Shown here: positions 7,927 through 18,124 of the stretch, piece by piece | Position numbering within the stretch: the first letter of the stretch is position 1 | Layout of the letters: each line of letters begins with the position of its first letter | Source: an uncultured Clostridia bacterium | GTDB taxonomy: Bacteria > Bacillota > Clostridia > Christensenellales > CAG-917 | NCBI GenBank assembly: GCA_946056785.1 | Contig: CAMGKS010000001.1 | Location: forward strand, 1 to 33,268 | Length of the DNA: 33,268 nucleotides | Reading direction: 5' to 3' | Notes under the pieces: generated by a model | Told to the model about the DNA's origin: nothing | The model's input: only the letters and a program-made list of their open reading frames with translations | The model's database searches: none | Position numbers and translations under genes: made by a program

Positions 7927-7948
7927 GAGAAGACCGCAAGGTCTTCTC
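7927..7948 (-). terminator. Probable terminator hairpin downstream of the GtrA-like gene
   Basis: A 9-bp stem joins gagaagacc to ggtcttctc with a gcaa loop, 52 nt past the stop at 8000. Only a short U-run (ttt) follows on the minus strand, so efficiency is uncertain. Confidence 0.45.
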
Positions 7949-7999
7949 CTGTCAATAACGTTTGCAAATTAAAGCTGAGCCTTTTTACAATTATATAAA

Positions 8000-8716
8000 T
8001 TATTGTTCGTCGCTATTTTCTTCACCCGAAACTTCGGCTTGCAACGCCTCTTTTTCTCTCTTTTTCTTGCCCCAATCACGCATAACAAGGAATTTATTGC
8101 CGAGGAAGCTGATAATCAATGCGGCAATACCTGCTACCGCTTGTCCGGCAAGGTTGTAAAGAAGAGCCAAAAATTCCGATGCGTCCGGTTTTGCGTTCCA
8201 ACAAGCTTTTGTAATAGCGCCGCCGAGCAACGTCTGCATGAAGATGATAAACAAAGCAAGTATAACGTACATGGTGATAGATACGGCAAGATTGTTCGTC
8301 GCCTTAAACGTCTTTTTTCTGTTCAATATGAACGTCAACACCTGACCTACTATCGAACCGACTAAAAAGCCGATAAACTCACCGGTTGTATCGTAAGCAA
8401 ATATGCTTATGCTGCCTACCGGAAGTCCGACAAATTTTTCCGCCAAAACCGTACCCGTCGCAAGCCTTAACAAGGAAAGCACGTAAGTGACGATAAGCTG
8501 CGACGCTCCGCAAACCATACTGAACAACGTAAACAGTACCATTTGTCTTACGTCTTCGTTAGCCTGAATTTTATCGACAAGCTTTTGAAGCCATTGAGGA
8601 AGTTTTCTTTTCTTCTTTTCGGTCTCGCCGTTTTCGACGACTTCCGTCGTTCCTACGGCAGACTCTTGTGTCACAGTCGTTGTTTCTTCGACTGCTTCGC
8701 TTTTGATTTCGTCCAT
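8000..8716 (-). CDS. GtrA-like polytopic membrane protein with charged N- and C-terminal tails
   Basis: I chose the ATG at 8716 (MDEIKSEAVEE) because AAGGAGA lies 6 nt upstream. There are four predicted TM helices. The spacing of LNRKKTFKA after TM2 and GNKFLVMRDW after TM4 resembles the GtrA family pattern. Confidence 0.5.
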   Translation of the reverse strand: MDEIKSEAVEETTTVTQESAVGTTEVVENGETEKKKRKLPQWLQKLVDKIQANEDVRQMVLFTLFSMVCGASQLIVTYVLSLLRLATGTVLAEKFVGLPVGSISIFAYDTTGEFIGFLVGSIVGQVLTFILNRKKTFKATNNLAVSITMYVILALFIIFMQTLLGGAITKACWNAKPDASEFLALLYNLAGQAVAGIAALIISFLGNKFLVMRDWGKKKREKEALQAEVSGEENSDEQ

Positions 8717-8782
8717 AATTTTCTCCTTATGCTTTGTAGCTATATCATTATAACCCCGTATAATGACGCTGTCAAGGTGCAA

Positions 8783-10687
8783 TTATTTTCGCCTTCCGTT
8801 TCCGCCGCGGTATTTATTGTCTCCGAAATTTTTATTCCGTCCCGCATTGTTCTTTTTGACAGACGCTTTATTGTTCTTTCCTGACGGTTTATCAAAACTT
8901 TTGTTTTTGCTTTTTCCGTTTGTGTTTTTATTTCCGTTTGTGTTTTTATTTGCGTTTGCGTTCCTTTCTTCAAAACGTCTGTCCGACTTAACTGCGGTTT
9001 TATTGCTTTTTCCGTTGTCGGAACGTTTTTGTCCGCTCTTTTTAGTTCCGCTTCTTTTACCGCCGTCCGCAAACCCTAATTTTCCGCTTAAATAGTCGTC
9101 ATCAAAATCATCGAAATAATAACGTTTTTTCGGTTTTTGTTCTGATGCGGCGTCGTTCCTTTTTTCGGTGATTTTATTATCGGTTTTTGTTTTGTTTCCG
9201 TTCGTTTTGGCTTTAACCGAATTTTTATTGCCTAATTTATTGGCAACTTTCGATTTTCCGCCCTTACTTTTTCCGTAAACGTTTTTTATGGCGTTATCCT
9301 GTTTTTCTTTGCCTGCCTGTTCAACGGTGATAAACCTGCCTGAATGCTTTGCTCCGCTTACGGAAAGCGCATTGTTTAAATACTCAGGCTTTACTTCGAA
9401 AAACGAATATAGCTCCAACACTTTGACGTTTTTTATTTCGTCTACAGGAAGCGAAGAATTTACGCTGACGAATTTTCTTAACTCTGCGTCGTTGATACGG
9501 TCTTTCGTGCCTAAGTTTAAAAACAGTTTAACGGTTTCCTCGTTTTTACTCTTTGCCGTAAAACCTTCGCTGAGTCCGTCAAGTATCAATTCTTCAATAG
9601 GCGTTTTGGTAAGCTTTTCATAGAGATTAAGTCGGTATATATCTTTTTTAGTCACAAAAGAAATCGCTTCGCCCGTCCTATTCGCTCTTGCCGTTCTGCC
9701 TATTCTGTGAACGTAAAACTCTTCGTCGTGAGGTACGTCGTAATTGAAAATCGCTTCGACGCCGTCAACGTCTATGCCTCGTGCGGCTACGTCCGTTGCG
9801 ACAAGTACGTTCAGCTGCTTTTCCCTATACGCCTTCATTATCTTATCTCTGAAGCGTTGTTTGAGGTCGCCGTGCAATCCGGCGCAAAGATATCCATCGC
9901 CGTCAAGCTTTTCATAGAGTGCGTCAACTCTTGCTTTCGTATTGCAAAATACTAAAACAAATTTATAATTTCGCTCTCTTAAAATGCGTTTCAACGCGTC
10001 GTATTTTTTATCTTCTGAAAGTTTGACGTAAATTTGTTTTATTTGCGGAACTTCCGACTCTCCCACCGTAGTTTTGATTTTTACGGGATTCGTCTGATAG
10101 CCCGAAGAAATCTCCATTATCTCTTTGGGCATCGTTGCGCTTAAAAGGGCGGTTTGACGTATGGAAGGAAGTTTCTTTTCTATCTGGTCGATATCGCCTC
10201 TGAACCCCATATCGAGCATTTCGTCGGCTTCGTCGAGTATAAATGAAGTCGTGCCGTGAAGTTTCAAAGTTTTGCGACGGATATGGTCTATAACTCTGCC
10301 CGGCGTTCCTACCACGATATGCGGCTTACGTCTTAACGCCGCCATTTGTTTTTCAACGTTCTGTCCGCCGTATAAAGCCGTTATTCTTACCGACGTATGA
10401 GCGGCAATCTTTTTTAGTTCCCGTTCGATTTGCATGGCAAGTTCTCTTGTAGGGCAAAGGACAAGCCCTTGCACAAGCGAATTGTCTGCGTCGATTTTTT
10501 CCACAAGCGGCAAGCCGAAAGCGCACGTTTTTCCCGTGCCCGTCGGCGCTTGCGCCAAACAATCTTTTCCGTCAAGCAAAACGGGAATTACTTCTGCCTG
10601 CACGGGAGTAGGTTCTTTAAAACCCATTTCGGCTATTGCCGACTTTATTTCGTCTTTGACGTTTAATTCGTTGAAAGTGTTGATAAT
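8783..10687 (-). CDS. DEAD-box ATP-dependent RNA helicase with DbpA-type RNA-binding domain and a basic K/N/G-rich tail of about 176 aa
   Basis: Helicase motifs present:
- Q motif: GFKEPTPVQ.
- Motif I: AQAPTGTGKT.
- Motif Ia: PTRELA.
- Motif II: DEAD.
- Motif III: SAT.
- Motif VI: HRIGRTAR.
- DbpA-like domain: KLFLNLGTKDRI...

The first ATG is at 10627. However, the conserved Q-motif leader TFNELNVKDEIKSAIAE is encoded in frame upstream of it. The 5' end is therefore set at the ATT at 10687 (ATC at 10684 is the alternative), downstream of AAGGAG at 10696..10691. Confidence 0.8.
   Translation of the reverse strand: MINTFNELNVKDEIKSAIAEMGFKEPTPVQAEVIPVLLDGKDCLAQAPTGTGKTCAFGLPLVEKIDADNSLVQGLVLCPTRELAMQIERELKKIAAHTSVRITALYGGQNVEKQMAALRRKPHIVVGTPGRVIDHIRRKTLKLHGTTSFILDEADEMLDMGFRGDIDQIEKKLPSIRQTALLSATMPKEIMEISSGYQTNPVKIKTTVGESEVPQIKQIYVKLSEDKKYDALKRILRERNYKFVLVFCNTKARVDALYEKLDGDGYLCAGLHGDLKQRFRDKIMKAYREKQLNVLVATDVAARGIDVDGVEAIFNYDVPHDEEFYVHRIGRTARANRTGEAISFVTKKDIYRLNLYEKLTKTPIEELILDGLSEGFTAKSKNEETVKLFLNLGTKDRINDAELRKFVSVNSSLPVDEIKNVKVLELYSFFEVKPEYLNNALSVSGAKHSGRFITVEQAGKEKQDNAIKNVYGKSKGGKSKVANKLGNKNSVKAKTNGNKTKTDNKITEKRNDAASEQKPKKRYYFDDFDDDYLSGKLGFADGGKRSGTKKSGQKRSDNGKSNKTAVKSDRRFEERNANANKNTNGNKNTNGKSKNKSFDKPSGKNNKASVKKNNAGRNKNFGDNKYRGGNGRRK
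8923..8958. repeat. 18-bp perfect tandem duplication in the helicase tail
   Basis: tttccgtttgtgttttta occurs twice (8923-8940 and 8941-8958), followed by a degenerate partial copy. It encodes NKNTNG NKNTNG. Confidence 0.85.
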
Positions 10688-10740
10688 ATGCTCCTTTTGT
10701 TAAACGAAAACCGCAACGGCTTACTCTTCGGCAATCCGTG

Positions 10741-11397
10741 TTATTCCACCGATTGCCATGATGCGTCCTGCGGATTTTCTCTGAAAGCAAGCAGCATGCG
10801 TTTTTCTCTGTCCGTGATATACCCGTTTTTTATAGCCGCTTCCAAAACGGCGTCGAGATTTGATAGAGATACGTTTTTTACTTTTGCAAGCGTAAGTTTT
10901 TCCTCGCCCTTTTTAAGTCCGTAAGTAAAGACGGAAACGATTCCCAAAACTTGAGCTCCGCTATCTCTAAGGGCGTTTACCACGTCAATAGACGACCCTG
11001 CCGTCGAAATTAAATCTTCTACTACGACTACCTTCTTGCCCTTAGGGTCTGCGCCCTCTATTTTGTTTTCTCTGCCGTGAGACTTTTCACTGCTTCTGAC
11101 GTATCCCATCGGAAGCTGTAAAATTTCGCTCATTATCGCCGCATGAGGAATCCCTGCCGTTGACGTTCCGTAGAGAACTTCGCATTCGGGATACTCTTTT
11201 TTTACGATTTGAGCCATCGAATTTTCGATAAATTTTCTTTTTTGGGGATAGGCAAGCGTTAAACGGTTGTCGCAATAAATCGGCGACTTAATGCCGCTTG
11301 CCCAAGTAAAAGGCTCGGACGGTCTTAAAAAGACTGCTTTGATTGAAAGTAAAATTTCTGCTACTTCTATTTCTGTATTTAACTGTTTTATTTCCAT
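10741..11397 (-). CDS. pyrE: Orotate phosphoribosyltransferase
   Basis: LLSIKAVFLRPSEPFTWASGIKSPIYCDNRLTL and the PRPP loop VVVVEDLISTAGSS are typical of PyrE. The start is taken at MEIKQL (11397), which gives the typical length of about 218 aa. The ORF-track start at 11451 would add 18 lysine-rich residues. Confidence 0.9.
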   Translation of the reverse strand: MEIKQLNTEIEVAEILLSIKAVFLRPSEPFTWASGIKSPIYCDNRLTLAYPQKRKFIENSMAQIVKKEYPECEVLYGTSTAGIPHAAIMSEILQLPMGYVRSSEKSHGRENKIEGADPKGKKVVVVEDLISTAGSSIDVVNALRDSGAQVLGIVSVFTYGLKKGEEKLTLAKVKNVSLSNLDAVLEAAIKNGYITDREKRMLLAFRENPQDASWQSVE

Positions 11398-11527
11398 AAT
11401 TATATCACCCTTTTTGTTTTTTTGTTTCGATTTAATTGCGTTTCCTTTCAAATTGACGCATTATTTTTCCTTTTTCATAATAAGGCGGATAAACGCCTGA
11501 TAAGGTTACTCTTTTTACGTTTAAACT

Positions 11528-12214
11528 TTAATTCAAAAACTCTTTTTTGCACTTTAAGTATGCTTCGAGCGGATTTTCGGAACCCGTTATCGACCTGCCG
11601 ACAACTATGTAATCGCTTCCCTGCTCCTTTGCGAAAGACGGAGTCGCGACTCTTTTTTGGTCGCCTACGCTGTCGCCTTCGAGTCTTATGCCCGGAGTTA
11701 CGGAAATAAGGTTGAGGTCTTTTGCTATGCACGCTTCATACGGCGAACATACTATTCCGTCAAGTCCTGCCTTTGCGGCGTTTTCCGCATATTTTTTAAC
11801 CGCTTCTTTTGCGGATAAATTTATGCCCAACTCGTTTTTTACCGCATTATCGTCAAGCGACGTAAGAATGGTAACGGCTATGAGTTTTGCGTCTTTTGAA
11901 CCGCCTTCGTTAAGTCCTCTTTTTGCCGCTTTCATCATTTCGATTCCGCCGCCTGCATGCACGTTCGTTATATCGACTCCAAGCTTTCCGAGATTTTTCA
12001 TCGCCTTGTAAACCGTGTTCGGAATGTCGTGAAGTTTTAAATCTAAAAAGATTTTATACCCCTTGTTTTTGAGCTCTCTGACAAGCGGTGCCCCCTCTCG
12101 GTAAAACAATTCCATGCCGATTTTCAAAAACGGTTTTTCTTCGCCCATTTTATTCAAAAACAAATTGAGTTCTTCTTTATCTGCAAAATCGCAGGCTATC
12201 ATAACGTCTCTCAT
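11528..12214 (-). CDS. pyrF: Orotidine-5'-phosphate decarboxylase
   Basis: MIACDF..FLKIGMELFY..FLDLKLHDIPNTV matches the OMP decarboxylase signature. The start forms an ATGA overlap with the pyrD stop. Confidence 0.9.
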   Translation of the reverse strand: MRDVMIACDFADKEELNLFLNKMGEEKPFLKIGMELFYREGAPLVRELKNKGYKIFLDLKLHDIPNTVYKAMKNLGKLGVDITNVHAGGGIEMMKAAKRGLNEGGSKDAKLIAVTILTSLDDNAVKNELGINLSAKEAVKKYAENAAKAGLDGIVCSPYEACIAKDLNLISVTPGIRLEGDSVGDQKRVATPSFAKEQGSDYIVVGRSITGSENPLEAYLKCKKEFLN

Positions 12215-13137
12215 TTTACGCTCCCTATAATTTCATTTATATCTTTTACGTTTAACTCGTCAAGTACCGTCGGCAAATCGTTTATTATCTGTTGCGACGC
12301 ATAAGGATTGACAAGATTTTCCGTTCCTACCATAACCGCGGTTGCTCCTGCCATCATCATTTCGACCGCTTCTCTGGCCGACGTAATTCCGCCCATTCCT
12401 ACAACGGGAACGGAAACCGCTTTATATACGTCGTTTACCATTTTCAACGCCACGGGGAAAACGCCTCTTCCGCTGTAACCGCCGCTGCCGACTGCAAGTA
12501 TAGGCTTTCTTGTCGCTAAATCTATTCGCATACCCACAAGAGTGTTTATTAAACTTATTCCGTCCGCTCCTGCACCTTCGACGGCTTTCGCCATTTCCGA
12601 TATGCTTGTGACGTTGGGGCTGAGCTTAACCATAATAGGTTTTTGGGAAACCGCTTTTACCGCTTTAACGAGATTTTCCGCAACCGACGGATTTGTTCCG
12701 AACGCCATTCCGCCTCCTTTTACGTTAGGGCATGAAATATTGAGTTCGATTGCAAACACCTTGTCGCATGCGTTGAATCTACGCACCACTTCGACGTATT
12801 CGTCAACGCTGTGCCCTCCAACGTTTGCAATAACTTTTCCGTCGTAAACTTTTTTCAGTTTTTCGATTTCTTCGGATATCACTTTATCGACGCCCTTGTT
12901 TTGCAAACCTATTGAATTTAACATTCCAACCGGGCATTCGGCGACTCGTGGCAACGGATTTCCGTATCTTTCGTTAAGCGTCGTACCTTTTAAGGATATG
13001 GAACCGAGACAGTTTATGTCGTACACGTCGGCGAACTCATAGCCGAAACCGAACGTTCCGCTTGCCGGTATAACGGGATTTTTAAGTTCATAGCCGAACA
13101 GATTTACTTTTAAATTAAAGTCTTTTAAATTATTCAA
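12211..13137 (-). CDS. pyrD: Dihydroorotate dehydrogenase (class 1B) catalytic subunit
   Basis: NPVIPASGTFGFG, ELNISCPNVKGGG and GGITSAREAVEMMMAGATAV are typical. The start codon is TTG at 13137 with GGAGA 6 nt upstream. It overlaps the pyrK stop by 8 nt, and there is no nearby in-frame ATG. Confidence 0.9.
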   Translation of the reverse strand: MNNLKDFNLKVNLFGYELKNPVIPASGTFGFGYEFADVYDINCLGSISLKGTTLNERYGNPLPRVAECPVGMLNSIGLQNKGVDKVISEEIEKLKKVYDGKVIANVGGHSVDEYVEVVRRFNACDKVFAIELNISCPNVKGGGMAFGTNPSVAENLVKAVKAVSQKPIMVKLSPNVTSISEMAKAVEGAGADGISLINTLVGMRIDLATRKPILAVGSGGYSGRGVFPVALKMVNDVYKAVSVPVVGMGGITSAREAVEMMMAGATAVMVGTENLVNPYASQQIINDLPTVLDELNVKDINEIIGSVK

Positions 13138-13858
13138 AAATTATCTCCTTTGCATAGAAAACAGGTCCGTCTTTGCAAACCCTTTTTGCTCCGTCGGTAG
13201 TCATAATCGAGCAACCCATACATGCTCCGAAACCGCACGCCATTCTCGCTTCCATAGAAATCTCGCCGTTTGTCGAATAGCTTGCAACACGCTTTAACAT
13301 TGCCAGCGAGCCGCACGCATAATAGAAATCACAGTCGAAATCATAATGCTTTAATGCTTCGACAACGTTGCCCTTAAACCCCGACGTGCCGTCGTCGGTT
13401 GCCACCTTTACATCCGCCACGTTCTTGAAATCGTTTAGAAACACAAGGTCGCTTTGCGTTCTGGCACCAAGCAGCATTTCGGCTTTTATCCCCTTTTCTT
13501 TAAACGTCTTTGCTAAATAATATAAAGGTGCCGCTCCTAAACCGCCTCCTATCAAAAGCGGTTTTTTGGCTTTGTCCACGTTAAACCCGTTTCCGAGTTC
13601 TGTCAATGCGTCGATTTTTTCGCCCCTTTTCATCGTCGCCATTTTTGCCGTTCCTTGTCCTACAACCTTATACAAAAGACTCAGCTCTCCCTTTTCAAAG
13701 TCGTATACGCCGAAAGGACGTCTTAACGTAAACCCGTCTACTTTCAGTTCGACAAACTGTCCCGCCTTATATTCGTTTTCTTCTTTTTCGAATTTCATGA
13801 CGAAAACGTCGTCGGATATTTGTTTGTTATCTTTTACCGTTAAAATCTGATTTTTCAT
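13130..13858 (-). CDS. pyrK: Dihydroorotate dehydrogenase electron-transfer subunit (FAD/[2Fe-2S])
   Basis: The FAD-binding motif RRPFGV is present, with a C-terminal cysteine cluster CGFGACMGC...C. The ATG at 13858 overlaps the carB stop (TAATG). Confidence 0.85.
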   Translation of the reverse strand: MKNQILTVKDNKQISDDVFVMKFEKEENEYKAGQFVELKVDGFTLRRPFGVYDFEKGELSLLYKVVGQGTAKMATMKRGEKIDALTELGNGFNVDKAKKPLLIGGGLGAAPLYYLAKTFKEKGIKAEMLLGARTQSDLVFLNDFKNVADVKVATDDGTSGFKGNVVEALKHYDFDCDFYYACGSLAMLKRVASYSTNGEISMEARMACGFGACMGCSIMTTDGAKRVCKDGPVFYAKEIIFE

Positions 13859-16800
13859 TATATACAAGAAATCCCCATAGTAGTTTCTTCGAGCACGTCA
13901 AGCAATACGCTGACTGTGTCGAGCGACGTAAACACAGGCACGTTGTTCTCAATCGCCGTACGTCTGATTTTGACTCCGTCCTTTGCGCCCGTCATTTCCC
14001 CTTCGCTTATCGTATTGACAACGTAAGTTACGTAACCTTTTCTTAACGATTCCAGAATTTCTTCCGAACCTTGCGAAATCTTCTTTTTAACTCTCGTTCT
14101 TATTCCGTGCCGTTTCAAAAATTCTGCCGTTCCGCTTGTAGCTTCTATATTGAAGCCGAGGTCGTAAAATCTTTTAAGAAGAGGCAAAGCGACGTCTTTG
14201 TCCTTATCTGCAATGGTCGCAAAAACCGTTCCGTAATTTGCGACTTTCATTCCCGACGCCTTTATCGCTTTTAGTATCGCCCTGTTTATCGATTTATCAT
14301 AGCCTATTGCTTCACCGGTAGATTTCATTTCAGGCGACAAAACCGCGTCAAGTCCGCTGAGCTTTGAAAAACTGAACACGGGAGCTTTTACGTACCATCT
14401 GTCTTTTTTCGGATATACGCCGACGTAACCTTGCTCTTTAAGGCTCTTATTTAACATAACTTTTGTCGAGACGTTTGCAATCGGCACGCCCGTTGACTTG
14501 GCAAGGAAAGGAACGGAACGCGAACTTCTCGGATTGACTTCGATTATATAAACTTTGTCGTTATCCTTTCTGTCCACTATAAATTGGATATTGAACGGCC
14601 CGACTAATCCTAACGCAACGCCTACCTTCTGCGTATAGTCGATAATGACTTTTTCCACGTCGTCGCCGAGCGACCGTGCCGGATAGACGCTCATAGAATC
14701 TCCCGAATGTACGCCCGCCTTTTCGATGTGTTCCATAATGCCCGGAATAAAAACTTCTTTTCCGTCGCATACGGCGTCCACTTCGCACTCCGTACCTATG
14801 ATATACTTATCTATAAGCACAGGGTGCTTTTTATTAAGTTTTACAGCTTCCGACAAAAACACTTTCAACGCCTTTTCGTCGTAAACTATTCTCATCATTC
14901 TTCCGCCCAAAACGTAACTCGGTCTGACAAGAACGGGGTATCCTATTTCCTTTGCCGCCTTTACTCCGTCGTCGACGTTGAACACCGCTTTGCCGTTCGG
15001 CATAGGAATATCGAGCGAATTAAGCACTTCGATAAATTGGTCTCTGTCTTCGGCTTTTGCAATCGCCTTACTGTCGCTGCCTATAATTTTCACTCCCGCC
15101 GCCGCAAGGTCGTCGGCAAGATTTATCGCCGTTTGTCCGCCGAGAGCTACGATTACTCCGTCGGGTTTTTCAAGGTCGATTACGTTCATAACGTCTTCAA
15201 ACGTCAACGGCTCGAAGTAGAGTTTGTCCGACAAAGTATAATCTGTCGAAACGGTTTCGGGATTGTTGTTTATGATAATCGCTTCATACCCTTCTTCTTT
15301 CAACGCCCATACCGCATGCACGGTTGAATAGTCGAATTCGACGCCCTGTCCTATTCTTATCGGTCCGCTTCCTAAAACTATGACTTTTTTATCCGTCGTA
15401 ACAATAGATTCGTTTTCCCTTTCATAAGTCGAATAGAAATACGGTATATACGATTTAAATTCGCTTGCGCAGGTATCTATCATTTTATATACCGGCGTTA
15501 TACCGTTTGCCTTTCTCATTTCATAAATTTCCGCCGCCGAGACGTCCCATATAGAAGCTATGTATTCGTCCGAAAAACCGAAGCGTTTCGCTTTGTAAAG
15601 AGCTTCTGCCGTTTTATCCGACTCTTTAAGTTCTTTTTCAAGTTCGGTTATGTGCAATACCTTTTCAAGGAAGAAGCGGTCGATTTTCGTCAAAAGATAT
15701 ACGTAGTCGACGGAGATATCCTTTCTGAAAGCTTCGGCTATCGCAAAGATACGCTCGTCGGTATTCTCTATTATACAGTCCACCAAATCGTGGCGGGACA
15801 TATCTTTGAACTTATTCAGTTGCAAATGGTTGACGCCTATTTCAAGAGAACGCACGGCTTTTAAAAGACTTTCTTCAATCGTTCTTCCTATCGCCATAAC
15901 TTCGCCCGTCGCTTTCATCTGCGTGCTGAGCGTTCTGTTTGCGTCGGCAAACTTATCGAAAGGAAATCTCGGAACTTTTGTCACGACGTAGTCCAAAGTC
16001 GGTTCGAACGCCGCTTTTGTGTTTGCTATGTCTATCTCGTCAAGAGTCAGTCCGCAGGCGATTTTTGCCGAAACTCTTGCTATCGGATAGCCGCTTGCTT
16101 TCGACGCGAGAGCGGACGAACGGCTTACTCTCGGGTTTACTTCTATGACGTAATATTTAAAGCTGAACGGGTCAAGCGAAAACTGCACGTTGCAACCGCC
16201 TTCGATTTTCAAAGCTCTTATTATTTTCAACGCACTGTTACGCAACATCTGATATTCTTTGTTCGTCAAAGTCTGACTTGGAGCGACTACTATACTGTCG
16301 CCCGTGTGTATGCCGACGGGGTCTATATTTTCCATATTACAGACAACGAGCGCCGTATCGTTTTTATCCCTTAAAACTTCGTATTCTATCTCTTTAAAGC
16401 CCTTTATCGATTTTTCGACAAGCACCTGCCTTACGGGAGAAAGTTTAAGAGCGTTTTTGACAAGCGGAATAAGTTCGTCAATATTATCCGCAAAACCGCC
16501 GCCCGTGCCGCCTAAAGTAAACGCAGGTCTTATGATAACAGGATATCCGACTTTTTCCGCCGCAATAAGAGCTTCATCAACGGTCGTAGCTGTAAGCGAT
16601 TCCAAAATAGGTTCTCCTATCTGCTCGCAAAGTTCTTTGAAAAGCTGTCTGTCTTCCGCCTTGGATATGGCGTCGTAGCTCGTTCCCAAAAGTTCGACCT
16701 GACATTCTTCCAGAATACCTTTTTTGTAAAGCTGCATACCTAAGTTAAGTCCCGTCTGTCCGCCTATCGAACAAAGCAAACCGTCGGGTCTTTCATAACG

Positions 16801-17034
16801 TATGATTTTCGCCACGTGTTCGAGATCGAGCGGTTCCATATAAACCTTATCGGCTATTAACGTATCCGTCATAATGGTTGCCGGATTGCTGTTGACTAAA
16901 ACTACTTCGTATCCTTCTTCTTTAAGAGCAAGGCAAGCCTGCGTTCCCGCATAATCGAATTCCGCCGCTTGTCCGATAACTATCGGGCCGCTGCCTATTA
17001 CCAAAATCTTTTTAATATCTGTTCTTTTCGGCAT
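13858..17034 (-). CDS. carB: Carbamoyl-phosphate synthase large subunit
   Basis: The 1058-aa product begins [33 protein letters not shown] and has duplicated ATP-grasp halves. GGAGG lies upstream of the start. Confidence 0.95.
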
Positions 17035-18124
17035 TTAATTTTCCTCCTGCAACCGCTTCGAGATTTTTAAGGAACATTCTGAAAATATATCCGCTGTCTT
17101 CAGGCCCCGCTGCGCTTTCAGGGTGATACTGAATCGAAATTACTCTGTTTTTCTCATCTATCATTCCTTCCACTTCGCCGTCAATAAGATTGACGTGCGT
17201 AACTTCGAGTCCCGTTCCTTTTAAACTGTCGGCCTTTATTGCATAGCTGTGATTCTGGGCGGTAATTTCGACTTTTCCGCTGAGCAGGTTTTTTACCGGG
17301 TGATTTGCTCCTCTGTGTCCGAATTTCATTTTGTACGTCTTTGCTCCATAGCTAAGCCCGATTATCTGATGCCCTAAACATATACCCATAATCGGCAATC
17401 TGCCCTTCATCTTTTTTACAAGTTCGATAACTTCCGGCACGTTTTCAGGGTCGCCGGGTCCGTTCGACAAAAACAATCCGTCGGGATTTAATCTCAATAT
17501 TTCTTCGGCAGAGGTATTGTAAGGAACGACGATAACGTTTATTCCGCACTCGTTGAATTTTCTTATTATATTATATTTGATTCCGCAATCGACGGCAACG
17601 ACGGTGAATTTCGGATTTTGCGTTCTGCAATGCCATATCCTTTTTGTAGATACCGTCTTTACCTGCTCGGTTTCGTACGGCGTTGCTTTTAAAATCTTTA
17701 CGCATTCGTCCACGTCGGCGTCTATATCCGTTATCATTGCTCGCTGACTTCCTTCGTCACGGATAATTCTTACGAGTTCTCTTGTATCTACGCCGCTTAT
17801 TCCTACTACTCCGTTTGACTGCATCATTTCCTGAAGAGTCATGGTATAACGGAAATTGGACGGCATATCGTTGTATTCACGGACTATAAATCCCGACATA
17901 TATATCCCCTTGGATTCATAGTCTTCATCGGTCAATCCGTAATTGCCTATAAGCGGATAGCTCATCGTAACAAACTGTCCGCAGTATGACGGGTCGGACA
18001 GAATTTCCTGATAACCTACCATAGACGTATTAAAAACGATTTCCGCAATCTTTGTTCCGTCCGCACCGAAACCGTCGCCTGAAAACGTCTTTCCGTTTTC
18101 AAGAATCAAAATTTTGTTTGGCAT
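17012..18124 (-). CDS. carA: Carbamoyl-phosphate synthase small (glutaminase) subunit
   Basis: The class-I amidotransferase triad context is present ([20 protein letters not shown]). The gene overlaps carB by 23 nt, and GGAGG lies upstream of the start. Confidence 0.95.

Noticed and set aside
10707-10722. Hairpin aagccg-ttg-cggttt plus T-run on the minus strand, downstream of pyrE, as a possible terminator.
   Set aside because: The stem is only 3 GC pairs plus wobble and AU pairs around a 3-nt loop. It is probably too weak to terminate, so it is kept only as a caveat in the pyr operon read-through finding.
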